Assembly: GCF_009914755.1 (NCBI RefSeq)
Contig: NC_060925.1
Length of the DNA: 64,000 nucleotides
Reading direction: 5' to 3' (one strand)
Source: the human T2T-CHM13v2.0 reference genome, Homo sapiens
The position numbers and the translations under genes were made by a program. Below are positions 12,400-24,893 of this stretch, one piece after another; positions within the stretch are counted from its first letter, which is position 1; each line of letters begins with the position of its first letter. The notes beneath the pieces were generated by a model, which saw only the letters and a program-made list of their open reading frames with translations, was not told the DNA's origin and searched no databases.

Positions 12400-12780
12400 A
12401 GATTGAAAAGTACAAAGATGGTTCTAGCCTCTAGCTCTAGCTTCAGTCAGGACTGGATCCAGGTGCTCAATGTCACCTACAATCTCTCTCTACAACAGTT
12501 GGTTCTGCTATCTTTGCAATGGCAAATTTCTAAGGCAGATCCACTGTATGAAGTGAAAAAAATTGGTCATCAGTGGCTCCAGCTAAAGGGAACACTTCAC
12601 ACACACAAGTCCCAGACAGATACTGTGTTCACTCGCAATAGGTTAGCTTTGTGATGTGTTCACTCCCAATAGGTTGGCTTTGTGATGTGTTCACCATGGT
12701 GGCCAAGGGACATATCAGCTCCAGTGAGCCGAGAATGGAGGACATGTGCTTCTTCAAAGGAAAATGAACACTGTAAGCAA
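12400..12780 (-). mobile_element. MLT1 (J/K-like) MaLR LTR remnant
   Basis: 'cttcagtcaggactggatccaggtgctcaatgtca', 'ttctgcta...ttctaaggcag', 'cagtggctccag'. Confidence 0.6.
12624..12693. repeat. 31-bp tandem duplication (~2.3 copies)
   Basis: tgtgttcactcgcaataggttagctttgtga / tgtgttcactcccaataggttggctttgtga / tgtgttca. Confidence 0.95.
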
Positions 12781-12849
12781 AAACAAAAGTATATACAGCA
12801 TATGAAAAAAGTTACTTACAAAATATTTTGTCATTAAGCTGTGGTAATG

Positions 12850-13020
12850 ATTCTGATACCAAGCTCTGCTAAGCATACTACCAACATCATCTAATCTAGA
12901 CCATATAACAACATCTGAGGTAGATACTCTTATGCCTATTTTAGAGCTCAGTAACTCAACTCCCAAAGGAGTTAAATTGTCCAATTATGTAGCAGAAATG
13001 GGATTAGCAACCAGGTGATA
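12850..13020 (-). mobile_element. MIR
   Basis: 'acaacatctgaggtagatact...cctattttaga...gttaaatt...gggatt'. Confidence 0.6.
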
Positions 13021-13863
13021 GATTAATTATTACTTTGAAAGGATCAGATTATTCTATCAAAATGAGTTCTATTTGCTTTTAAAGATTATTATAATCCAGG
13101 CCAAAAAAAAAAGATACTCTTAAAATTCTTAAACAATAAATCCAGTTCCTGTTAGTAACTATCTGAAATGTGAACCCAGTCTAATGAATGTCATCCTCTT
13201 AGGATAACCAATTCATATCCTACATATATTTCATCACATCCAGTTGCTTTTCAGAATTTATTCTCCATTTTTTTATGGATGGTCTTTGATTTTTAAAAAT
13301 GTAATTTATGTCTCTAGAAAACAACCTGTAAAAAATAATAACAGTTTTCTACAAAACTACAGCAATTCTTGGCACTCACTGCAGTGTTGTGAGGCCACTC
13401 AGCTCAGCCTTCCAGTCCTGGCTGGATTTTCCACGCAAATCTTTCTCCATTTTCCAACTATCCTCCTTTGGGATTCTCTCCACTTTCAGCTCCCTGCTAC
13501 ATATAAAGCAACCTGACACAATCTCTTAATATCAGTAATTCAATTAGTTAATATGTGTAAAGTGCTACTATGTGCTAGGCACTCTGCTAGGCTGTAGGGA
13601 CTCAAAGAGACACAGTCTTTGTCCATAGTCTAGGAGTGAAGATAGTACTATTGTCTCCCTCTCTCTCACCATCTGTCTCTTCCTTCCTCCCTCTTTATTC
13701 CTTTCTTTCTCGGCATTAAGAGAAAAAAAGCAGGGACTGAAATCCAACCACTTTTCCAATAGCCAAACCTGCACCCTGGCCCAAGGCTCCATCGGTCTAG
13801 AGGAAGGGGCATCTTTCTCCAAGGTGGTAGCTTTGCACAAAGATGCCATATGTGATTAGAAAG

Positions 13864-14036
13864 TTCTGCCTGTCTGCCTTCTTTCTTTCCTTTCTTCCTT
13901 CCTTCCTGCCTGCCTGCCTTCCTCCCTGCCTGCCTGCCTTCTTTCCTTCCTCCCTTCCTTCCCCCTTCCTCCCTTCCTTCCTTTCTTCCTCTCTTCCATT
14001 CTTACTTCCTTTCTTCCTTCTATCCTTCCATCCATC
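13864..14036 (+). repeat. Pyrimidine-rich (CCTT/CCTG)n low-complexity tract within L2 remnants (13540-14370)
   Basis: Direct reading. Confidence 0.93.
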
Positions 14037-14478
14037 ACTATTGGCCACTGTCTGTGCTATAATAGATGTTGAATATCCAACAGTAACCAAGACAGGGTTT
14101 CTGTACTCATGAATCTTACAGCATAGCTGGAAATATAAATAGATAAATTATAATAAAAGGAGAATGCATTATTACAAACATGAAAAACAAGTAGCATGAA
14201 AGAATAACTAACTCAATCTAAAGAGGGAGAAGAAGAAAATGGTCAGAAGAATCCACCTCTGAGCTGGGTTTGAAGTGTCTGTTGGAATTTGCTGAATGGA
14301 CAAAAAAGGAAGAGCAGCCAGCCAGAGTAAATAGAATATCAAAGCTGAGAGGTGTGAAACACCATTGTAAGCACAATGGTGTTTCTGCTTCAGTATTAAA
14401 GGAATTTTCTACTTGCCACTCTGAAAAAAATCTCAAAGTAGTCCCACAAACTATAATCAGCTTTGAATAAAGGGTCTA

Positions 14479-14603
14479 GGCAGGCACAATGGCATATCCC
14501 TATAGTCCCAGCCACTTGGGAGGCTGAGATTAGCAGATCTCTTGAGCCAAGAAGTTTGAGACTGGCCTGGGCAACATAGTGAGACCCCCAACTCAAAAGA
14601 AAA
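14479..14603 (+). mobile_element. FLAM (free left Alu monomer)
   Basis: Monomer ending 'gggcaacatagtgagacccc...ctcaaaa'. Confidence 0.88.
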
Positions 14604-15040
14604 GATCTAAAACTATATTATTTTCCAAAACCAGGGGAAAAAGTCATTCAGGCAGCATCAATAAGCTATATTTTCATCTAGAATTGACCTCAACAGAAGC
14701 AAAATTACATGTCATTAGAATTTCTTCATAATCCCAGACCAGGCAGGAGTCAAGTAAAAAGATGAAACATTTTTATTTCAAAGCAGAGTCAAGAGCAGAA
14801 AAAAATATGTATCATTCAAATTGAAAAAAATAAAAAATAAAAAAAGGCAGTTCCTTTCCTTTTTCACTCTCAGCCTGTACCTGTCATTATCTAGACATTT
14901 GCTGCAACTCTTCCTGCCCTCCTGCTGTGTGGAGACCACTTGGTGAACAAATCTCTGTGCCTCTTAGTAAAGCATGGATAGAGGTTATTGCCCACATTTG
15001 TTCATGGATCTACTCCACGTTACAGAGAAATGTTTGCTTA

Positions 15041-15398
<358 letters not shown>

Positions 15399-16498
15399 TC
15401 ACAGGACATGTTGGTCCTCTTGAAGTGAGGTCTGAGGTCATTTGTGGGGCATCAGAGAGGATGAACGCATGGCTGATTTTATGAGGCTTGCTGAGAGATA
15501 AGGCGCAGACTGCAGCTTTAACTGCTACAAGGTCAAACACTTGACCAAAAATGAAAACAAAAATGAAGGAAGCAGAATGTTGCAAATGACAGAAAGGAGA
15601 GAAAACAAAAAGACAATCTCTTAAAATACTATGTAAAAGATGCACTGAAAAATAATTGTACTAAGGTAGCTGTATGAATCTCTCTATGGTTTCTGTTCTG
15701 TGTTTTTATGATCAGCTCAAGTAACTAAGTACATATGGCATGTTTGTAAGTAAAGCAGTCAATGAAGTTGGTTACACCTCTGCATTTATTACCATGCCCC
15801 TGAGTATTATTAACTTTTACACTCCCCATAAAATATAATTTATCACTTAAATAATTTGCTTTGTGTCAGGGTTCAGTGTGCTCCAGTGCCTTCCTGCTCA
15901 TTAAATGAGATATTTTTACTTAATGAGCCAAGGATGTCCTTTGTATTTAACATTTGAATTGATTTCTAACACTTCACTCTTATAATAGTTTGGTGTGTAA
16001 TTCCAAAAAATATGGGTTTTATTTCACAATGTCAAAGAAAAACAGTTGAGATTGTTAGATACATGTGGCATTTTAAGTGATAAGAAATGGTTTTATCCCT
16101 AACTAACCATAAAGATGGAGCGAACAAAAATCATGAAAGTATGCCACCATAAAATAATTATTTCTTTGCACTAGGAAGCAAATAACGGAATTTGGGAACT
16201 GACATATCTATTGATTGTTCAAAACAAAAGTTCAACTCTAAGCTACTCTGAAAAAAAGTTGTGATCTAATGCAAAAATACAAAGTCAACGCTGCCATGGT
16301 TAGCTGAACGTCTTGGGATTTTTTCAACATGTATAACCACTAGCTTCTGGGTCAGCAGTATGCACTTGATGAAAATGACTGGCTGTTTGGAACTTTCTTT
16401 CCATTTAACAAACCAAAGCTTAAGAATTGAAATCCCATATTTTCTAAATTATTTTTCAATCCTTTGGTATTCTAAACAGTTGAAGATACTTACTGTCA

Positions 16499-16885
<387 letters not shown>

Positions 16886-17617
16886 CTACAGGCAAAAATG
16901 TTATATTAATCCAAATTATTCATAATTCATAATGTATGCATATATGTGTATACATGTATGTGCATATATCCTAATGTAAAGCTTCTATTTTGGATAACAG
17001 CACACTGGATTGATCATTTATTAAGCATTTTTTTATTCTGCTTCAAATATGTATAAACAAGCATATCATTATATTACAATATAAAATCATTAAGAAAAGC
17101 AGGATTTAAAAGATTTGGGAATAAAACAGTTGAATGCTTATTCTGGTTTTATATACTCTAGAGAATTTGAGTACTTTTCCCTCGCTTCTTATTCAGAATT
17201 GTCTCCTATTCTATATCCCCTGCTTATTCTTCCAGATCCATGAAAATAGACCATAATTTCAATCGTCTGTGATGACAAAGGAACTAGACCAATAATTTCC
17301 ATGGTTGAATAAGCTTAGAAACTAATGCCTAGTATAGTCTCCGCTTATAGTTTCACAATGCACATTTGCATTTTTAAAACTATGGAAAATTCTACAAAAA
17401 GAAAACTTGTTTATCCCAGGGTTTCCCACATGTATATGACTACAGAAACGTTTACTTCAGTAACACCTTTGGATACCCATTAACACTACGGTTTTTTCAA
17501 AAGGAATTTCAGAAATGGTTTAACAATTAAATAAATTTAATTAAATAACCAATTGAGTGAGGGTATTTGAGTGATGATTGAGTGAGGGTGTTTATATTTT
17601 AGAAAATACCTCTTTCT

Positions 17618-17702
17618 AGCCAGGCCACAGTGGCTCATGCCTGTAATCCCAGCACTTTGAGAAGCTGAGGCAGGAGGACTGCTTGAGGCCTGGAGCTCAA
17701 GA
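17618..17702 (+). mobile_element. Truncated AluJ/FLAM 5' fragment
   Basis: 'gtggctcatgcctgtaatcccagcactttg...ggaggactgcttgaggcc' ends abruptly. Confidence 0.85.
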
Positions 17703-18657
17703 GAAATGAACAAAGTATTAATAAATTGAATGGTACATTTGAGTTAGAGAAAAGTTTAAATTAAGAAATAGTTCAATAATGCACATTTAGTATTTGGAAG
17801 AAACTAGTTTGTGTATTTGGGATTCATGCCCTGGAGGATCTAACTTTAATAAATGAAATCGTAATTATTTTAAATTAATTAAAATAAATCATTTTCAATG
17901 AATTTATCATTAATACTATTATTCATTTTTTAAAAATTGCCCCAAGTACTAATGTAGTATTAATTCCAAAATAAACATAATTAAAAATAATAAAAATTTA
18001 GTAAATTCTCATAACTGGTTCAAAATACGTGTTGAAGAAAAACAGCATTTCTACATACATTGATTTTTTTTAATTGATTCTCCAAGCATAGCTACATTTT
18101 TAAAAAAGAAAAAAAAAAATGACTCACACACCCTGGATTCCTTTGATTGTTGAACCACTTTTCTAATATAAACAGAAGCAGTGAGTAACACTCTAAATGG
18201 TATACAGCAATGTTGTTCTACAAAATGAAGATTAATACCAAAATAACCTTTCAGTTACCTTATATATTTGAATTTCAATTCTGTCAAATAATCAAAACTT
18301 TTTCCTTTCATTGTAATATGTATATAATCCTTAAAATGTACTTGCATTTTAGTTTTATGTCTAGAAAAATCTCTATAAATGGATGTCATTAGAAAAGCTC
18401 ATACGCTGTGATATGCCCATGCCCACAAAAGCAGCCTTATTTCTTTTCACCCCTTAATCCATTTGTCCTCCAGCAAAACCAACAATCTCCCAGGAAGATT
18501 TCCTTGAGACTTCTGCTCCAAACTGGTTTAGACACCTGACCTCTAACTCTCAGTGATATCTCATGCCTACCTCTTTTACTTCCACATTTTATCATAATTA
18601 TCTGTTTATCTGTTCATCTGTGGAAACTCAAAAGTTGAACAAACAAGTGATTTAAAA

Positions 18658-19345
18658 GTTGGCCAATTATTAAAAAGTCAAAAAACAATAGATGTTGGCA
18701 TGGATGTGGTGAAAAAGGAAAACTTATACACTACTGGTGGGAATGTAAATTAGTATAACCTCTATGGAAACAGTATGGGGATTTCTCAAAGAACTCAAAG
18801 TAGATCTACCATTTGATCCAGCGATCCCACTACTGGTTATCTACCCAAAGGAAAAGAAACCATTATATCAAAAAGACACCTGTACACGTATTTTATCATA
18901 GCACAATTCATAATTGCAAAGATATGGAGCCAAACTAAGTGTCCATCAACCGATGACAACATAAAGAAAATGTGGTATATAGACACCCTGGAATACTACT
19001 CAGCCATAAAAAAGAATGCAATGTTGTCTTTTGCAGCAACCTGGATGGAGCTGGAGGACATTATTCTAAGTGAAGTAATTCAGGTATGGAAAACCAAATA
19101 CCATATGTTCTCACTTATAAGTGGGAGCTGAAATATGGGTTCACAAAGGCATACAGAGTGGTATGATGGATGTTGGAGACTGAGAAGAGGGGGGGATGTG
19201 AGGGATAAAAAACTACATATTGGGCACAATGTACACTTCTCGTGTGATGGGTGAACTAAAATCTCAGACTTCATCACTATACAATTCATCCATGTAACCA
19301 AAAACCACTTGTACCTCTAAAGGTATTGAAACTAAAAACAAAATT
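18658..19345 (+). mobile_element. L1MA (MA2/3-like) ORF2 end + 3'UTR
   Basis: 'acactactggtgggaatgtaaattagta', 'gatcccactactgg', 'atgttctcacttataagtgggagct', 'ctcagacttcatcactatacaattcatccatgtaaccaaaaaccacttgtacc'. Confidence 0.93.
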
Positions 19346-19507
19346 TTAAAGATGGCAAACTCCTAAAAGTGAAATTATCATGTAATACTTATAAGATAAT
19401 CAAAGGAATTAAGTGACGATGATGTTTTAATAAACACGATGTCCTGCTGGGAAGAACGTGGAGAGTGTTATTGCTTCTCTGAAGGATTTTGCCTTTTTTT
19501 TTTTAAT

Positions 19508-19673
19508 TAAGTAAATTCTATACCCATTTTTTCCAGAATTTTTTTTTTTAGTTTTACTTTAAGTCAATGATATGAATTAGATAGAATTCTAAGTAAATGC
19601 TATACCCATTTTTTCCAGAATGGTTTTTGTTTAGTTTTACTTTAAGTCAATGACATGAATTAGATAAAATTCT
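19508..19673. repeat. ~82-bp tandem duplication, two copies with ~6 differences
   Basis: taagtaaattctatacccattttttccagaa...agatagaattc repeated from 19590. Confidence 0.95.
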
Positions 19674-21959
19674 CAAGCTTTCATTAAGACTTTAAGAGGC
19701 TACCACCTGCCTCCATGGCATTTAGCATTTCACAGACTTTCTTGCATTACCGTAACAAAATGTTCTCATGAGGAAGCAGCTAGTGCTGATTTATATTCTC
19801 TACCCTTTCTTTAAAATTGAGACCCCATATGATACTCTTCACTGACCCCAGATCTTCTTGCACTAGTCCTTGTGAGAATGCCCAGCATATTCAGTATCTT
19901 CAGCTGAAAAAAGAAAAATCTCTACAAACTTGCTTGGTTAAGAGAGTGTAGGCCCTTGGAGAGTAGAGCCCAAGAAAGTAGAACATATCTGATAATCTTT
20001 CTCAGTGCTAGAGTTCCCTCCTTTCTTTTTCCACCATAAGCCCTCATTTCAGCAGATCCAAAAAAAAAAAAAAAAAAAAAAGATTTTTGGAATCACAGGC
20101 CTCCTTCCATTATAACCATCATCAGCTTTGATATTACCAGATACTTCCTCTAGTATTTTATTAAAAAATACTGAGTCTCTGTGATATCTCTTATTTCATG
20201 ACAACGTAGTTTGCAATTTGCCTAGTCTCACACCTGGGAAGAAGCAAGGGCATTTTATTGTATCAGAGCAAACATTCATGTAAAAAGCAGGAGAAAAAAG
20301 ACCTTTCACTTTTAACCATGAACAAGTTCTCACCCTCCCTGTGCATCTAGTTTTCAGGTGAAGATGAGTTGACCGAAGTGCATGTGGCTGATCCAGCTGT
20401 TGCACCCTCCATCCAGTATAACTTTTGTGCCGTTGCCTTTGGTGCAACCCCTTGACATGAAACCACAGTTCTTCCAATAAGCAGAGTGAATGTGAACACA
20501 TGTTGGCAGAACTGTGCCATTTACAAAGGAAGTGGTGAGATATTACTGAGGAAAAGCTAGACAATGCTGCACCAGCAATCTGATCCCGCTCATTCTTTCT
20601 CCAAAATGTAGTTTCCAACTCTGCAGGAGTAGTGGCTGTGAAATACATGGGAAAGAGTTTGAAAAGTATGTATCCCACATTTCACAGCACTTTCCAGGAT
20701 TTTACATTTCAGTATAGACAAAAGTAAGTGTATAATGCTTGTAAATAAAATTTACAAACCAAACAGAATTTTGCCAAACAAGAAAGTTGTTTCCCTTACA
20801 ACAGCCCAACTTGTGATTTCATTAACAAAACTGATATGTTAGTTCAAATCAAATATCTCATATCATTAAACCATCCACAAGCAAATTTGTTTTACATTAA
20901 CAGTTGAGTAACCCTGCAGAGAGTGCAAGTTCAGGGGAACAGAAAGTGAAAATATAGTCTTACCAGCATGATTTAAATTAATTAAACAAGCATTAGTACC
21001 TTCAAGCAGTTACACACTATTACTTTAAGTCTTTGGTGGGGAAAGCTATGATTTACATGTTCAATCATTTTAATACTTTCTATGAACCAGATGTTACAGT
21101 AGCTTTGTTAGCTGATGCCATAAACAAAAGATACAGTTGAAAACACATGCTATAATAATTAAAATGTTATTATGCTGACACCATCTTTCTTCTAGGATCT
21201 TGTAACATCTGTATTGACTGTGATAAGCATTGATTATCTGGAATGATGTAAAATATTTGGGGAGTTAATAACAATCAGGAATTCAGTACATGCTAAGACA
21301 GCAAAGATAAATCACAGGAAATACAGATCAAAGCAGGTTTGTGAATAAGCTTGTTTTTATAGTTAATGACTCACTATAAAGTACATATACACATTTCTTT
21401 TCTCCAATGAGATGCACAAGGAAATGCCATAAAGAAACATCCCGTCCTGTGTAGCATTTCTGTACATCTGTCGAATTTCCATATGTAGAGAGGAGGATGT
21501 CAACACACAGCACTACAAAGACTGAATTGATCCAATCCATCAAGTACTTAACATGCACTTTTAAAATCATTAAAAAGTTCTTTGAATTATTAAGACCTAT
21601 TTCAAAAGAAAAAAAAAAGCCCACAACTTATAAATCTTGCATTTCCTGGGAGGTTAATTTAAGGATGCTAGGGTCAGCAGTTATCCAGTTCTAGCAAAGA
21701 TTCTGAAATTTCCCTTCAAATATGGCCTGATAGTGAGTCATTTTCTTTTTTTCTTTTTTTAAAGAAAATCTCACCCAGCATCACCAAGTGGATGCCTTAC
21801 CCTCTTTGAGAACCTTATTTGAAGAATAAATTGCTCAAGGCACTAAACTGGGGCTCTTTTCAGTTTATCAAAATAGACACAGAAATAACTGACAGTCTGT
21901 GATCTATTTCTCACGTATATACATATAGGTGCACAGAAGCTTTGTATAATATAGAGTAA

Positions 21960-22415
21960 ACCCTTCAACGTAATCTAAAAGCTCATCACCATCAGCCTCC
22001 CACCTTCTCTCTAGCCTCACCTATCACCACTGACTATCTTTCCCAGCTACTTCCAATCTCCTTCCTGCTGCACTTCACCATAGCCCTTATAACCACAACA
22101 TACTTCCCTCTCCTGCCTGCCTATTTAACTGCCCCTGGGTCCATTCCCAACATGATTTAGTCTTCATATCCCCTGGAAAGTCTTGTGTGATGCCCTCCAC
22201 TTTGGGTCAAGTGCATTTTTAAGGTGTGCTCCCACAGAACCTTATACTTACATCTTCCAAAATATTTATCACATTGTATCAAAATGGCCATTTGTCTCGT
22301 CTGTTTCCCCACAAGTCTATGAGGTCTTTGAAAGCAGGGGCCACATTTTATACATCTTTGTATTTTCAGGAAAAGTATACAGCATCTACTAAATACATGC
22401 TCAGTGAATGGAAAA
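21960..22415 (+). mobile_element. L2 3' fragment
   Basis: 'gaggtctttgaaagcagggg...tttgtatt...aaatacatgctcagtgaatg'. Confidence 0.6.
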
Positions 22416-22814
22416 ATAAGTCAATGCCACATTCACCCACATCGTATAATTTGACTCTGAGAAAGATCCTATCAGAGATGTCTTACATCCAGAATACAAT
22501 GAGGAATTATTCTAAGCATGTTCTAGGGATGCAGAGTATCCTAGACTGGTTCCAACACTTTAGAGAGGATTTGGATCCTGTGAGTTCTCAGAACAAAATG
22601 AGAAGAAGCCAAGAGGAAAACTAAAATCCGTCTAGATTTGTACCCTAGAACAAACCTAAATAGGTAGTCAATATGATAACCAATATTTTCCAAATAACAT
22701 AAACTAGTAAAATGCTTCCCAAACCTGGCTGATTCCACTCCTGAGTGGTTACTGTAGAGATGGGGATTGGAGGGAGAGGACAGAAAAAAGGGAGTAGAGG
22801 AGGGTGGGGGAAGA

Positions 22815-23590
22815 CACATGTCCATGGTAAGACAGATAATAGAATGTCCATAGCTGCTTTATTTATAATAGCCAAACATTGGAAACATCTCAAGTGCTCC
22901 TCAACAGGTAAATAGCTAAACATTTTGTGGTATATTTATAAAATTAAATACTATTCAGCAATCAAAAGAAAGAAACTACTGATGCACACTACATGGGCAA
23001 ATCTCAAAAACATGATGCTGGGTGAAAGAAGCCTTACTCAAGAGTACATATTGTGTGATTTTATTTCTATGCAGATCAGAATAGGCAAAACTATGGTAAA
23101 AAAAGAAAATTAGAATGGTAATTGCCTATTCTGGAATGGGCCACAAGGACACTTTCTGGGGTGATGATAATGTCCTATATCTACATGGATATAATCTGTG
23201 TAATCTGTAAGTTACACAGGTATATGTGTATCTATACATAAACACACATATATATTTGTCAAAATGTACCAAATGGCACACTTAAGATTTGTACTTTCCA
23301 CTGTGTGTAATTTTTGCCTTAAAAAAATCACAAATAATTCTTGAGTTCTAACTAATGATATACCTGCTGAAATGTTTAGGAGTGAAGTGTATTGAGGTGT
23401 TTAACTTATTTTTAAATGTATCAAAGACGGGACTGATGGATGGATAAAAGAATGGAAAGATGAAAAGATATGTGATAAACTAAACGTAGCAAAATGTTAG
23501 TTGTAGCCTCTAGGTGGCCAGTATATGAGTGTTCCTTGTAATGATTCTTTCAACTTTGTTGTATTTGAAAATTTTTTATGACAAAATAGT
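22815..23590 (+). mobile_element. L1M (MC/ME-type) ORF2 end/3'UTR
   Basis: 'tttatttataatagccaaacattggaaaca', 'actattcagcaatcaaaag', 'ctggggtgatgataatgt', 'cacttaagatttgt'. Confidence 0.8.
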
Positions 23591-24212
23591 AAGGGTAGAG
23601 TATATATTCTAATCCTTCATCCCAAATTACTCGGGGGCAGGGAACCGAGGTACAATCATGTTATTTATCTACATTGTGTTAAGCTTTCCAAGTGACTTTG
23701 TATTCAGCAATCAGCTACAGGTTGATGCAATTAATATTTAGGACGTACTGGAATTTGTCCCAATTTAATAATGTTGTGAGAACCCACATCCCAACACACA
23801 ATTTTTTCTCTCACCTATCACAAATTAATGCCTGAAATTCCACCAATCTAGATTCACTTCACGAGGGAGAAGTAAATAAGCCAGTAAATCAATAATTAAC
23901 CCACAGTGAGAAAATAAGGTAATGGAGCCTTTCCAACTGGGCGTTACCTGAATATGCATTTTCATGAAAGCTAAGGCAGGCCAAGAACAGAAAACTGAGG
24001 GGAAAATGTCTTCTCAGAGAGAATAAGAACATCTGAAAGTGCCCTTGACAATCTTGCCTCCTCTCAGCTGTGCCTGAGAAGTACCATACAGTAAAATAAC
24101 CAAAACACAGCAATTGATTGAGATACTGAAGAAAAGCTTTTTTGCCCTTTTGGGCCTCAATTACTTTAGCTGTAAAACACAATCTTTCCTGTTATCCATA
24201 ATGGTTACAAGA

Positions 24213-24434
24213 TAGGATTGACGGATGAAATACAGGATGCCTAGTTAAATTTGAATTTTGGATAAACTGCATATATTTAGTATATCTATGTTTCCATTAT
24301 TGTATGGTACATACTCACACTAAAATATATATATATATATATATAATTTACCCAACATTCAGGTTTAACTGCGTATTTTGTTTCATTATTGTTTTATATT
24401 TGTTTTTCTGTCTGTTGCTAAATCTGGCAACTCT
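24213..24434. mobile_element. MER53 palindromic hAT-like MITE
   Basis: 'tacaggatgcctagttaaatttgaatttt' ... 'tgctaaatctggcaactcta'. Confidence 0.85.
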
Positions 24435-24565
24435 ATTCCAAGGGGACGTGAATATTAGAACTTCAGCTCAGATTCAATGCTATTTTGACGAAAAATTCCT
24501 TATGACTGAGAAACCAAAGTGACTCATTTTGAAAAGTGTAAGTATTATGTGTAAAAAGGTTTTAA

Positions 24566-24893
<328 letters not shown>

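Noticed and set aside
13797-14112. R/K/E/G-rich or L/P/S/F-rich ORFs (also 8826-9182)
   Set aside because: Translations of GGAA/CCTT simple repeats.
20059-20081. Isolated poly(A) runs (also ~33117-33133 and poly(T) 1622-1636) as processed-pseudogene tails
   Set aside because: No upstream mRNA-like sequence or clear TSD is visible.
20196-20678. 160-aa ORF as a CDS
   Set aside because: Non-ATG start, no recognisable domain or exon structure; kept only as a low-level finding.
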